A stretch of 29,792 nt of DNA from Candidatus Rifleibacteriota bacterium (GTDB lineage: Bacteria > Muiribacteriota > Ozemobacteria > Ozemobacterales > Ozemobacteraceae), in contig JBNJGH010000038.1 of the NCBI GenBank assembly GCA_051747585.1, positions 1 through 29,792 on the forward strand. Reading direction: 5' to 3'. Both the position numbers and the translations under genes were made by a program. The notes under the pieces are model-generated. The model searched no databases, was not told the DNA's origin, and was given only the letters and a program-made list of their open reading frames with translations. Shown one piece after another: positions 7,479 through 17,704 of the stretch. The stretch's first letter is position 1, and each line of letters starts with the position of its first letter.

Positions 7479-9929
7479 TTAATTTACGAATTCAATTTGC
7501 GCCATTTCTGTTTCCATGGTCAAGCCATCTTTGTAGAAATACTTAACTCTCCAATAGTAAGTTCCAGCTGCAGGAGTGTTGGGGGGATAGGTAAGGTAAT
7601 ATTCAATTACGTTACCTGAGGTTGATTCTGGACTGTGGTTTCCAATATGGACAAATTGGGTGCCATCGTGCTCATACATTTCCAGGACTGTGTGAGTGGC
7701 ATCTGAATCCTGGGGAACAGAAAAGACTTTGGTTGCAGTAGCGGTAGGAATTTTTATTGCGCCAACCGGAGTCATTTCTTTGGTTGAAGGTCTTACTCTT
7801 ACTATGTAGCTGTTGGACATGGCAAATTTATCTGGGGTATTGGGATCAACCGCCTTTGTGTACCATTCATAAACTCCAAAATCCAGTCCAAGAGTGGTGG
7901 GTTTAAATTGGTAACTATGGGCAGCAGTTGAAGATGTATCTGAAAGACTGAATGATTCGGATATAACCGGAACTTCGGCATCATTATAAACTCTTGAAAA
8001 ATCAAGAACTACCTGAGTTGATGTTCCAGGGCCTGTCCAGGAAAAGGCTAAGTCATCATCAAGAAAAGTTTCGAAATCGGTTTGTTTTGCTCCGCCCTCA
8101 ACTGAAAAACCTGCATCGCTAATGGCGTTAACTGTTGAAACAACATTGCTGTAAACAAACGAAGGTACAGTGAAGTCCATTACAGTGGTTTCACCGGCAG
8201 CGACTTTATAACCGTAAGCCAGAACAGGGTCTCGTTGAGCCCAAATTGCAGAAGTATTTGAGTAGACAACAACATTGCCGGTGTCGCCTTGTTCTACTTC
8301 AACAGTAGTATTTACAGGCACAGCAAACCACAAAAAGCCATTATCTTCAAAAGGAGGCAGTTGATCAATTCTCCATGTGCCATCTGCTGCGGAAATTATT
8401 GAACCGAAGCGGCGCACAGTACCATCTGCAGGATTATATTGCCATACATCAAACTCATATCCAGAATAGGGCTCCTGGTCAGAGGTAGGGTAATCATCCC
8501 CGTCCAGAACAAACTTTTTAACAGTTCCCATCAAAACGCCGCTTTGATGAAGATTTGGGTTAACGGTAATTTCATTGCCACTCAGGGTTAGGTCATCTAC
8601 TACCCCGGTAGCGTCGGCGTTGAATGTCTGGTTATTGTAATAAATGCTGTCTGCATCAGGAGCAGAAGTTGCCCGAACCTCAAAATTAATATTATAGGTA
8701 TTAACACCGGGTTGCTTTATTGTTAGTTTTCTTGAGCCTGACGCCACATTATTCAAGGTAAAGTAGCCCATGGCATCGGTAACTGTAGTTTGTCCTGAAT
8801 CCAGAGAGACCTCCGATACGCTTAAGGGGTTGCCGCTCAAAGGATCTATTACTTTACCTTTAATGTCCAGGGTTGCTATTTCAGAGCTTGCATTTTTTGC
8901 AACAATAGTAAAATTGCCAGTATCAAGCGTTCCATCCTCTTTAACAACGGCAAGCTTTGAGGCTTCAAAATAGCTCATGGTTTCTTCGATTTGTAGGACG
9001 AAAGTTCTGTGATCAAGTCCGTTAAAGTTAAATTCACCGGAAGTCAAGGTAACCATACTTCTATTAGTGTCATCTAATTGGCCAGTTTCATCATCTTGAA
9101 CCAAGAGGTTTACTTCCATATTTCCAATGGGCAATTCGTTTTCATTAACGACAACACCAGTCAAATTGGCATTGCCGGCTTGAAGATTGTTCTTAGCACT
9201 GATTTGAAAATTGCCCGTATCCAGGGTTCCAGATTGAGAAATTATCGCAAGTTTCGAAGCTTCAAAGTATTCAGCAGTTTCTTCGACTTTAAGTATATAA
9301 GTACCATTGCCCAAGCCACTGAAGTTAAATTCGCCAGTGGTTAGACTTGTCATACTTTTCCCAGTGTCTGTATAAGTGTTGGTAGAAAAATCATAAACCA
9401 GAAGTTTTACAGCTATATTTGCTGCCGGCTTTAGGTCATCTGTTACAACTTTACCAATAATTACGGAAGTTCCAGCATTAAGGTTGTCCTTTTCATAAAC
9501 AGTAAAATCGCCTGTATTAACTGAGGGTTCTCCGCCCACGACTGCTAATTTTGAAGCTTCTGAATATTTGGTTGTTTCTTCGATTCTCAAAATGTAGGTG
9601 CCTGTACTTAAGCCATTAAAGCTAAATTCGCCAGAGGTTAAAGTTGCCATACTCTTATTAGTATCAGTAATAGCACCAGTTTGTTTGTTTTGAATATACA
9701 GTTTTATTTGTGTATTTGCCAAAGGGGTACCATTATCATTAACAACTTTACCAAAAATACTTGATGTACCGGTTTCAAGTTCAGCATTAGAAGAACTTGC
9801 AGTCGTGCTGGCGGATGGGCCTGACGGATTATTGCCTCCGCCACAGCCGACTATGAAGGCGGTTGTCAGCAGGCCGGTAAAAATTACCAGATAGAAAAAA
9901 TTTGTAAAATATCGGTTTAACGACTTCAT
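7479..9929 (-). CDS. Large lipoprotein (816 aa) with tandem carboxypeptidase-regulatory-like (prealbumin-fold) beta-sandwich domains
   Basis: Likely start ATG 9929 (MKSLNRYF). Lipobox IVG|C, Ser/Gly linker, then GKVV...G.PL.N..V.L.....T...GEF.F.GL..GTY.L repeats. Confidence 0.85.
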   Translation of the reverse strand: MKSLNRYFTNFFYLVIFTGLLTTAFIVGCGGGNNPSGPSASTTASSSNAELETGTSSIFGKVVNDNGTPLANTQIKLYIQNKQTGAITDTNKSMATLTSGEFSFNGLSTGTYILRIEETTKYSEASKLAVVGGEPSVNTGDFTVYEKDNLNAGTSVIIGKVVTDDLKPAANIAVKLLVYDFSTNTYTDTGKSMTSLTTGEFNFSGLGNGTYILKVEETAEYFEASKLAIISQSGTLDTGNFQISAKNNLQAGNANLTGVVVNENELPIGNMEVNLLVQDDETGQLDDTNRSMVTLTSGEFNFNGLDHRTFVLQIEETMSYFEASKLAVVKEDGTLDTGNFTIVAKNASSEIATLDIKGKVIDPLSGNPLSVSEVSLDSGQTTVTDAMGYFTLNNVASGSRKLTIKQPGVNTYNINFEVRATSAPDADSIYYNNQTFNADATGVVDDLTLSGNEITVNPNLHQSGVLMGTVKKFVLDGDDYPTSDQEPYSGYEFDVWQYNPADGTVRRFGSIISAADGTWRIDQLPPFEDNGFLWFAVPVNTTVEVEQGDTGNVVVYSNTSAIWAQRDPVLAYGYKVAAGETTVMDFTVPSFVYSNVVSTVNAISDAGFSVEGGAKQTDFETFLDDDLAFSWTGPGTSTQVVLDFSRVYNDAEVPVISESFSLSDTSSTAAHSYQFKPTTLGLDFGVYEWYTKAVDPNTPDKFAMSNSYIVRVRPSTKEMTPVGAIKIPTATATKVFSVPQDSDATHTVLEMYEHDGTQFVHIGNHSPESTSGNVIEYYLTYPPNTPAAGTYYWRVKYFYKDGLTMETEMAQIEFVN
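8880..9770 (-). repeat. Three tandem 297-bp (99-aa) intragenic repeats
   Basis: EASKLA codons recur at 9553, 9256 and 8959 (exact 297-bp period); shared SM.TLT.GEF.F.GL and TG.F motifs. Confidence 0.92.
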
Positions 9930-9969
9930 CCCTCGTTCTCCTTTCGGGGCGAGCAATTCTCTGATTCTC

Positions 9970-10335
9970 TCAACATGTTATTTGCTCCATTACAAGAATA
10001 TCATCTATCTCAAGGCCGGCTTTTTCGATAGAGCCGGCTTTAAGTTCGAGAACCTTTACGGCGTTGCGGTGTATCGAAGACAAGCCGGTCCAGGGTTTTA
10101 ATTTAGAATACAGGGCCTTAATGCGGTTTGTGGCATCAAGAAAAATAGCATCGATAGGAAACTTCATGAACATCATATGAATAGAATTACATGGCGAAAT
10201 AAGTAATCCTTCGCCTTCTTCGAGCTCTGACTGCATCATTAAACCGCGAAACCTTTGCCAGAAGGTTTCAGCAGTTCTGATCTTTTCGCCCAGAACCTCA
10301 TTTGTTCGTTTAACTGTAATTTTTAGTAGATTCAT
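9970..10335 (-). CDS. DUF192 family protein
   Basis: AETFWQRFRGLM..EGEGLLISPCNSIHMMFMKFPIDAIFLD..VLELKAG; a family often found in tad loci. Confidence 0.9.
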   Translation of the reverse strand: MNLLKITVKRTNEVLGEKIRTAETFWQRFRGLMMQSELEEGEGLLISPCNSIHMMFMKFPIDAIFLDATNRIKALYSKLKPWTGLSSIHRNAVKVLELKAGSIEKAGLEIDDILVMEQITC

Positions 10336-10337
10336 AT

Positions 10338-11276
10338 TTAATTTAAAAGATTGGTTTTGTTAAGCTCGTCAATTATCTGAAACAGAGCCGGACAACCGAT
10401 AACTATACCTACATTTGGGAAAATAAAGAATACAAGCGGAATCATCATTTTAACCGGAGCTTTGGCGGCTTCTTCTTCCGCTCTTTGCCGCCTTTTGTCG
10501 CGCAATTGCTCAGACTGGATTCTAAGAACCTGACCGATTGAAACACCCAGTTGGTCAGCTTGGATTATGGCTGAAACAAAAGCATTGAGATCCGGATGGT
10601 CTATACGATCTCCCATGGCTTTGAAAGCGTCTCTACGAGCCTGCCCCATACGCATGTGTCGCAATGTCAGGCTGAATTCATCGGGAATAGGACCGCGCAT
10701 TTTTTCGACAACCTTGTCACAGGCTGCGTCAAAACCAAGCCCGGCTTCAACTGCTACAGTCAAAAGATCTAGAACATCAGGTAGCTGTCGCTGTATGCCA
10801 TGCAGGCGGTTGGCAATTTTGCGCTGAAGAAAAAATCTCGGTGCAAGAACTCCAAGCATTAAACCTATTACCGTTGACAGAAAGAGGAGGCCGGGATTGA
10901 TAATCAGAGAAAATGCCGCAAAAGCAACCGGAGTAATTACCCTGAAAAGATTTTGGATTACGACAAATTCACCGACAGTAAGGCCACCGGGATAACCTGC
11001 CTGAGCAAGTTGCTTTTTTAGTGTGCTTTTTTGTGCTTTTTTTAAATCCTTCGGATCCTTTTTGCCGGCAAGCCGTGCTAGAAATGGCCTGATGACACGC
11101 TCAGAAAAAGGCTTTCTAAGCTCTGAGGTAGCTTCGATAGACGAATCCTCATCTATCGTTCCGTCATCAAGTGCGCTTAATCGATCTTGAATATCGCTTT
11201 TAGAACCGGATGGGAACAAAAGAAGGATTATCAGAAAGATTATAAACCCACCCAGTATAAAAAATAATAAATTCAT
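10338..11276 (-). CDS. tadC: TadC inner-membrane platform protein (T2SSF family)
   Basis: LPDVLDLLTVAVEAGLGFDAA, QADQLGVSIGQVLRIQSEQLR, AEEEAAKAPVKMMIPLVFFIFP. Confidence 0.95.
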   Translation of the reverse strand: MNLLFFILGGFIIFLIILLLFPSGSKSDIQDRLSALDDGTIDEDSSIEATSELRKPFSERVIRPFLARLAGKKDPKDLKKAQKSTLKKQLAQAGYPGGLTVGEFVVIQNLFRVITPVAFAAFSLIINPGLLFLSTVIGLMLGVLAPRFFLQRKIANRLHGIQRQLPDVLDLLTVAVEAGLGFDAACDKVVEKMRGPIPDEFSLTLRHMRMGQARRDAFKAMGDRIDHPDLNAFVSAIIQADQLGVSIGQVLRIQSEQLRDKRRQRAEEEAAKAPVKMMIPLVFFIFPNVGIVIGCPALFQIIDELNKTNLLN

Positions 11277-11286
11277 AGCTAGTTCC

Positions 11287-12342
11287 TCACACTTCTATAT
11301 CAACAATTTTCATGATGATATACATGCCAATTACTTCCCATATCAGGCCAAAGATCAGAACAAACCAACCTCTGAAAGCACCATACTGGAAAGTGAAAAG
11401 TTGCATGATGAAATCGGGGTTAATCAAGTAAATCATGAAACCAATGCCCAGAGGGAGAGCTCCTACAAGAGCTCCGGAAACCTTTGCCTGAGCAGTTTTG
11501 GTTTGTATGTCGCCCTTGATTTTCATTCTCTGGCGTATAGTGTGACTTATTTTTTCGAGAATCTCGGCAAGGTTTCCACCTACTTGTCTTTGAATTAGAA
11601 CAACTGTGGTAACCAGATCCCAGTCTTCACTATCGATACGGTCGTTAAGGGCCAGAAGGGAATCTTCGAGGTTAATACCCAGTCCGTTTTCTTTTAATAC
11701 TCTTTTTAGCTCGGTAGACATGGGAGGAAGCGATTCTCTGGAAACCATTTCCATTGCCTGAAGGAATGAGTAGCCGGCTTTGAGGCCATTTGCCAGCATG
11801 ACAAGAGTATCGAGAATCTGCTCGTTAAATTCCTGAATTCTTTTCTTTTTTAAATATCCTACCCAGATTAACGGAATAAAATAACCTGTTATTGCCAGAA
11901 GGATACCCAGAGGGATACTCTTGAAAAGCATCATTCCCAAAGAAAGTGATATCATTACAGCCAGAAACTGGATAGCGACAAATTCATTGGCTTTGAGTGG
12001 AATATCCGCTTTGGCCAGCTGGCTGGCAATTCGCATGGCCATGCCTTTGGGAGTAATTATACTGCCCACGTTGGCAAGTATTTTTTTTACGCCGGAGGAG
12101 CCTTTTTCGCCCCTGTTTTCGACAAGCCAGTCATCATCGGACACTTCTTTTGGTTCATCTTCATCGATGAATTCACTTTCCGGATCAGTATATTCTGTTG
12201 CGGCCATCTCTGTTTCAACCAGGTATTGTTCCATGCGGTTTCTAACGTCCTCTCCCGGTGGTTTCCCGAAAATAGAAAACAGCAAAAGAACACCAAAAAC
12301 CGTTGCGATAGCTGCAAAACCTATGAATATAAACTGAAGCAA
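11287..12342 (-). CDS. tadB: TadB inner-membrane platform protein (T2SSF family)
   Basis: LANGLKAGYSFLQAM, IQRQVGGNLAEILEKISHTIRQR, C-terminal KIVDIEV. TTG start. Confidence 0.95.
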   Translation of the reverse strand: MLQFIFIGFAAIATVFGVLLLFSIFGKPPGEDVRNRMEQYLVETEMAATEYTDPESEFIDEDEPKEVSDDDWLVENRGEKGSSGVKKILANVGSIITPKGMAMRIASQLAKADIPLKANEFVAIQFLAVMISLSLGMMLFKSIPLGILLAITGYFIPLIWVGYLKKKRIQEFNEQILDTLVMLANGLKAGYSFLQAMEMVSRESLPPMSTELKRVLKENGLGINLEDSLLALNDRIDSEDWDLVTTVVLIQRQVGGNLAEILEKISHTIRQRMKIKGDIQTKTAQAKVSGALVGALPLGIGFMIYLINPDFIMQLFTFQYGAFRGWFVLIFGLIWEVIGMYIIMKIVDIEV

Positions 12343-12346
12343 AGCT

Positions 12347-13717
12347 TTACCATCCTCTCGAAGAATCAGTAAAAATGTTGGGGGGAAGTTTTATTCCAGA
12401 TTCTTTGAATTTTGAAGCAAATTTTGGCCTGATTCCTGTTGGTTTAAGTCTGCCAACAATTTTACCCTGTTCGTTCATACCCGTTTGCTCAAATCTAAAA
12501 ATATCCTGAGTTACGACCTTGTCGCCTTCCATACCCTGGATTTCAGTCAAATGGGTAACTTTTCTAGAGCCATCCTTTAGACGCGATTGTTGCAATATTA
12601 AATGCACAGCTGAACTAATTTGCTCCCGAATAGCGCGTACCGGCAAATCCATTCCTGCCATCAGAACCATTGTTTCAAGACGGGCAAGCATGTCACGTGG
12701 GGTGTTGGCATGGCCTGTGGTTAGTGAACCATCATGACCGGTGTTCATAGCCTGAAGCATATCCAGGGCTTCGCCACCACGACACTCACCTACAATTACC
12801 CGCTCGGGTCGCATACGAAGAGTATTTTTTATCAGCTCACGCATGGAGACAGCACCTTTGCCCTCGATATTCGGTGGTCGAGTTTCAAGTCTAACTACGT
12901 GGGGCTGTCTGAGCTGCAATTCTGCGGCATCTTCGCAGGTAATAATTCTTTCGTCTTCAGGAATGAAAGAGCTTAAAATATTCAATGTGGTTGTTTTACC
13001 TGAGCCGGTACCACCTGAAACAACGATGTTAAGTCGAACCTTAATGCAGGCATCAAGGAAGTCAGCCATCTGTTGAGTTAGGGTACCGAATTTTACCAGG
13101 TCAGCTATACCGAGAGCTTCTTTTTTAAACTTCCTGATCGTGATTGTCGGGCCATTGAGAGCAAGTGGCGGAATAATCGCATTAACACGAGAGCCATCGG
13201 GCAGACGTGCGTCGACATAGGGAACAGACTCATCGATTCTACGGCCGATGGGCGCAACGATGCGTTCGATAATGCGCATCACATGATCGTTATCTTTAAA
13301 CTTGACGTCAGAAAGGATTAACTTCCCTGACTTTTCATAATAGATTTGAAAAGGCCCGTTGACCATGACTTCCGAAATCTCTTCCTGTTCTAGAAGAGGC
13401 TGAATTGGTCCGAAGCCTATCATGTCATCTAGCAGCGTCTGGCAGAGAGCGTCAACCTCTCGCTGAGAAAGAGTGATATTGAGCTTGGGACTTTCTTCGC
13501 CGATAACCTTAAGAATTCTTTCGCTCAATAGAGCGCGTTTCTTTTCCATATTAGTCTCAGCCATAATTGACTGAGGCATGTCATCGATAATTTTAGTTTG
13601 AACTTTATCTTTTAATCTCTCAAAACCGGTAATTTCCCGCGTTGAAGTTACTTCGGTAATGCTGGATTTATCACTTGATTTTTTTTCTTCACTGAGGCGT
13701 GATAATAGACCACCCAT
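12347..13717 (-). CDS. tadA: TadA/CpaF pilus assembly ATPase
   Basis: Walker A GGTGSGKTT, EDAAEL, LRMRPERVIVGECRG, AMNTGHDGSLTTGHAN; GGAGG RBS. Confidence 0.97.
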   Translation of the reverse strand: MGGLLSRLSEEKKSSDKSSITEVTSTREITGFERLKDKVQTKIIDDMPQSIMAETNMEKKRALLSERILKVIGEESPKLNITLSQREVDALCQTLLDDMIGFGPIQPLLEQEEISEVMVNGPFQIYYEKSGKLILSDVKFKDNDHVMRIIERIVAPIGRRIDESVPYVDARLPDGSRVNAIIPPLALNGPTITIRKFKKEALGIADLVKFGTLTQQMADFLDACIKVRLNIVVSGGTGSGKTTTLNILSSFIPEDERIITCEDAAELQLRQPHVVRLETRPPNIEGKGAVSMRELIKNTLRMRPERVIVGECRGGEALDMLQAMNTGHDGSLTTGHANTPRDMLARLETMVLMAGMDLPVRAIREQISSAVHLILQQSRLKDGSRKVTHLTEIQGMEGDKVVTQDIFRFEQTGMNEQGKIVGRLKPTGIRPKFASKFKESGIKLPPNIFTDSSRGW

Positions 13718-13731
13718 AATTTACCTCCAAA

Positions 13732-14940
13732 TTATTGACCAAAAAGAAGATCTTTGATTTTTAAGATAGCACTTTTGCCGGTATCTTGCCCATCTGAATC
13801 TTTGGGCCCGATAATCTTGTCAGCCATACCTATAATGGACCTTGCAATGGCACTGGTTGGTGACTTTAAAACAAAAGCTTCGCCATGGTTAAGGGATCTT
13901 TGCGCAATCTCCGACTCCATGGGTACGGTTGCATAGACAGGGATGGCAAGACCTGTTTCGAGATCCTGCTTTCCTATTCCTACGTTAGGTATTTCCTTAT
14001 TGAGAATAAGTTTGATTTTAGAGACATCAAAGTTGATGTCTGAAAATGTTTTGAGACATATTTTTGTGTTTTTCAATGAGCTTATTTCAAGTGTTGCAAC
14101 CAATAGAACCAGGTCGCTCTTATCAAGAATTGCCAGCTCTTTTTCAGTTATGCTGGGTGGAAGATCAAAAATAATGTATTGATATGAACCTCTGGCTTCT
14201 TCGATAATCTTCATTATATGCTCACTTTTGATAGCTTCGGCCAGTGCCGGTTCTTTGGGCGCTAGAAGAAGATCGAGTCCTGATTCATGTTTTACAATAT
14301 TTTTTTCTATTTCTTCCAGAGTAATTTCATCTGCTTCAACAAGGTTAGAGATGCTTTTTTTTACTGGTTGATTCAAGGTTATGGCAACATCGCCAAACTG
14401 TAAAGAAGCATCAATGAGTAATACCTGGCGATTTCTACTGGCTAGATTGGCTGCAAGATTTACTGCCAGCGTTGTTCGTCCGACACCGCCCTTGGTTGAG
14501 AAAAAAGTTATCAGTTCTGCGCTCTCTTCTTCGGCAAAGGCATCGGGCCTGTCTTTGATCCAGCTGTTAAAAACATTTTGGATGGTATCTATAAGGTCAT
14601 TAGTTGAGAAGGGCTTAACCAGAAAGTCTTTAGCGCCGGCTTTCATTGCTTTGCGAAAATATTCCTGCTCACTCTGAATAGACATAATTACCGTTTGAAC
14701 ATTGGGAAAATCTTTGGCAATCATTTCAGTGGCTTTAAGACCGTCTATTTCGGGCATATTAATATCCATCAAAACAATATGGGGCTGCAGCTCTTCGACA
14801 AGCTCGACGGTTTCCCGCCCATCACGGGCTTCGCCAACAATTTTAATTTTATCCTGATTGTTTAGCATTCTTCTGACATTAGACCTTAATTCATCCATAT
14901 CGTCAGCGATGAGTAATTTTATTCTACGATTAAAAGCCAA
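13732..14940 (-). CDS. cpaE: CpaE/TadZ: receiver domain plus MinD/ParA-like ATPase
   Basis: REC domain IADD...LMDINMP...FLVKP, then STKGGVGRTT, IDASLQFGD, IFDLPP; directly upstream of tadA. Confidence 0.92.
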   Translation of the reverse strand: MAFNRRIKLLIADDMDELRSNVRRMLNNQDKIKIVGEARDGRETVELVEELQPHIVLMDINMPEIDGLKATEMIAKDFPNVQTVIMSIQSEQEYFRKAMKAGAKDFLVKPFSTNDLIDTIQNVFNSWIKDRPDAFAEEESAELITFFSTKGGVGRTTLAVNLAANLASRNRQVLLIDASLQFGDVAITLNQPVKKSISNLVEADEITLEEIEKNIVKHESGLDLLLAPKEPALAEAIKSEHIMKIIEEARGSYQYIIFDLPPSITEKELAILDKSDLVLLVATLEISSLKNTKICLKTFSDINFDVSKIKLILNKEIPNVGIGKQDLETGLAIPVYATVPMESEIAQRSLNHGEAFVLKSPTSAIARSIIGMADKIIGPKDSDGQDTGKSAILKIKDLLFGQ

Positions 14941-14999
14941 GACTTTTCCTCTTACTGACCCGGCTTGCGCCGGAAAATTTTAACAGCCGATGAAATGTT

Positions 15000-16700
15000 T
15001 TAATTTTCAGCGGGCAAATGACTTGATTTAATCTGCTGGAAAATTTTGTGAAGCTTTTCCAGCTTATCTGTTCTTCTGGGGATTTGAACTTCTTTGTATT
15101 TTTTATTGCCGGATAAATCCCGTTCAGAACTGAGGATTTTTGGTGTCAGAAGAATAACGAGCTCATTTTCACTCATGCTTTTGTTCCTGCTTTTGAACAA
15201 GCGACCGACAAGTGGAAGATCACCCAGAAGAGGAACTTTATTCCAGGTAACATTATCAGTACGATTGATCAGCCCACCCAGAACTATTGTTTGTTGATCT
15301 TTAAGTTTTAAAGTGGTCATAATACTGCGCTTCAAAATATCTGGAGGGGCGTTGGTTCCGCGGGTGAAACTTGGTTCAGCTTGTTTGGCGAAAACAGAGA
15401 ATTTTAATTCGTTTTTGTGAACGAATAGATCTCTTATTGAAAGTTTGAGGGCAGCTTCTGCTTTTGTATAGGTCGGATTTCCACTTGCATCAATGGTTGA
15501 TGGGTAGTAAATATCCTGACCAACATTTACGTAAGCAATCCCGACATCTTTTTCTATATCCTGCTCTTCCTGGGTATCTTCTTCCTCGTTGGTCCATCCG
15601 GCCTTTGCAAGTTTTAAAGCCGAGGCGTTCGCATAAACCATTAGTTTGGGATTAGCCAGAATTTTTGCTTTTCCACTGGTTTCCCAGGCTTGTACTTGAG
15701 CTGCAATCAAGTCAAATCTGTTGATATTATTCATTTCAAAAGGATTTAAATCTTTCGGCACAGGAGCTCCTATAGACTGCACATCGCCTCTGAAATCATT
15801 GCTTTTATTTTCAATGAAACCAAGAACACCTGTTATTACATTACCTTCGTCTCCTGATTTGCCCCATTCGATTCCGAGGTCTTCAGTGTTGTTTTTACTT
15901 ACCTGGAGAATATAGGCTTGAAAAACAACCTGAGTCGGGCTTTCAATAATTACCAGGTTACTGATTTGTTCAAAACTGTTAACGAAGCCTCGCACAGTTT
16001 CCTGGAGGTGAATATAATCATTCTGATTTTTTACCTTACCTTCAAGAACTACTCTTAGATTTGTTGTGTCGGTTCCGACCAGTGAATTAGATGTTGTTGG
16101 ATTCTTAGGATCAAAATTAGAAGAAATGACGCTGACTTTTACGTCGGGAAGCTGTATTGCGGCTTCTATCCTTTGTTGTAAAGAAGGGGAGTTTACTTCA
16201 AATTGGATTAAATTAAGAATTTTGCGGTCTTTTATCAGACTCGATGCAATTTTTTCAGCTTGAAGCTTATCTTCTTCAGAGGTTACTTGCCCTTTAAGAT
16301 AGGCAGCGTCGGGAAAAATTATCAGCTTAACCGAAGGAATGTCTAAAATCGATGAAAACTTTTGCTGAATTAGTTTGGGTTCTGAGTAGGTTTCAACATT
16401 ATAAATTCTTCTACCGGATGTATCCCAGAGGATTATCTGGGTAATGCCTGGTTCCTTACCGATACCGGAAAGAATAATTTCTTTGTCGGAAACATTTAAA
16501 ACTTCGACAATTCCCTCTTTAACCGCCAGAATCTTTTTAACTCCGTTGGCGGGTATGCTGGTAGACTTGCCTATAGGAATCATGAGCTTTTCTGCTGCAA
16601 TTACCTGGTGTGAATAATTTGTAAATATGACAGCGAGAATCAACGTTAAGAGTACAAATTTGAATTTTATTGAATTAAGTATCATTGTGATTCTCCTCAT
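15000..16700 (-). CDS. cpaC: RcpA/CpaC Tad secretin (N-domain, BON-like domains, secretin core)
   Basis: GITQIILWD N-domain, QVVFQAYILQV..DLGIEW, GKAKILANPKL, TIVLGGLI..KVPLLGDLPLVGRLFKS..ELVILLTP. Start is 16700 (ATGA overlap with cpaB) or 16685. Confidence 0.92.
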   Translation of the reverse strand: MRRITMILNSIKFKFVLLTLILAVIFTNYSHQVIAAEKLMIPIGKSTSIPANGVKKILAVKEGIVEVLNVSDKEIILSGIGKEPGITQIILWDTSGRRIYNVETYSEPKLIQQKFSSILDIPSVKLIIFPDAAYLKGQVTSEEDKLQAEKIASSLIKDRKILNLIQFEVNSPSLQQRIEAAIQLPDVKVSVISSNFDPKNPTTSNSLVGTDTTNLRVVLEGKVKNQNDYIHLQETVRGFVNSFEQISNLVIIESPTQVVFQAYILQVSKNNTEDLGIEWGKSGDEGNVITGVLGFIENKSNDFRGDVQSIGAPVPKDLNPFEMNNINRFDLIAAQVQAWETSGKAKILANPKLMVYANASALKLAKAGWTNEEEDTQEEQDIEKDVGIAYVNVGQDIYYPSTIDASGNPTYTKAEAALKLSIRDLFVHKNELKFSVFAKQAEPSFTRGTNAPPDILKRSIMTTLKLKDQQTIVLGGLINRTDNVTWNKVPLLGDLPLVGRLFKSRNKSMSENELVILLTPKILSSERDLSGNKKYKEVQIPRRTDKLEKLHKIFQQIKSSHLPAEN

Positions 16701-17704
16701 TCTCTCGATTGTCTTGCTGGTGTCTGACTTGCTGACGGATTATAAGAAGGGGCCGCGAGTTTATAATCTTTTAATTGACGGAATTTTGTTCCTGCAGGTC
16801 CTCCATATTTATAAATCTCCCGTTTAGAACTGGCTCCGTACATAATTTCAACCTTGCCGTCATCCATCGGTTGTGAAACAATTTGGGTTGTGTCAGTTTC
16901 TTCGCTGTCCTGAGCTGTCTTTTCAGTCATTTCGTTGGCTGGAATATGACCAATGTCCTGCATTACAATTCTTTCGGTGGCACCTTTGGTTACAATTCGT
17001 CTGCCTTTATCCTTAGGGTTTTTCAAGACAAATCGGAATGTTGCGCTGTTATCTAAATACATAAGTCTTTCAAGTTGCGAGGGTGTAACCGCCAGAGTAA
17101 CGAGTTCAACTTTAGAGGCTGAAATTGATGGAGAAGAAGACGCGGTCGAGCTGTCAAACTCGTATCGGCCTCCAACAGCAAGAATTAGTATGTCCTGCAT
17201 TACTATTTTTGTAATTGGATCAGCGTTTCTAGGTCGGAATGATGCAATTACGTCAACAAAGTCACCCTGTTGAATAAATCCTCCAACCGAAGTTACTTTC
17301 GAAACCGCTATTGAAACAGCTCTTCTTCCCGGAGGGATTGCCCGGGCAAGGTTGGGGACAGAAGATTCATCGAACAATCTCATTGGTGTCATTATGTCGC
17401 CTGGTAAAAGAGTTACTGCAGTATAACGCCCCGTTAAAGATGCTACATTGGTAAGAGCCATCTCTGGTGCGGCAGAAGCTATAACCTCTTTTATTGCGAA
17501 GGCGCTTTCTACCAGTTCCGGCTCCAACCTGGTTCTGGCCGCAATTCTTTTCGTACTTACAACAACCGGCTTCTTTAAAATCGTGGGTTGTTGTACAACC
17601 GGTGCTTCAATCTCTGGTGGTTTGTCTGTTTGAAGCTTGTTCCATAAAAGCATGGAGATAGCCAAACTGGCTACCAATGCAACAAGTATCGCTTTTCGAT
17701 TCAC
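16697..17704 (-). CDS. cpaB: CpaB/RcpC Flp pilus assembly protein, 335 aa
   Basis: GTG start at 17704 with GAGGAGG RBS. SAF-like region, IPPGRRAVSIAV..VGGFIQQGDFVDVI, ILILAVG, VTLAVTP. Confidence 0.93.
   Translation of the reverse strand: MNRKAILVALVASLAISMLLWNKLQTDKPPEIEAPVVQQPTILKKPVVVSTKRIAARTRLEPELVESAFAIKEVIASAAPEMALTNVASLTGRYTAVTLLPGDIMTPMRLFDESSVPNLARAIPPGRRAVSIAVSKVTSVGGFIQQGDFVDVIASFRPRNADPITKIVMQDILILAVGGRYEFDSSTASSSPSISASKVELVTLAVTPSQLERLMYLDNSATFRFVLKNPKDKGRRIVTKGATERIVMQDIGHIPANEMTEKTAQDSEETDTTQIVSQPMDDGKVEIMYGASSKREIYKYGGPAGTKFRQLKDYKLAAPSYNPSASQTPARQSRE

Noticed and set aside
14986..14993. GCCGATGA on the plus strand as an antisense sigma28 promoter
   Set aside because: No TAAA-like -35 element at 15-16 nt spacing.
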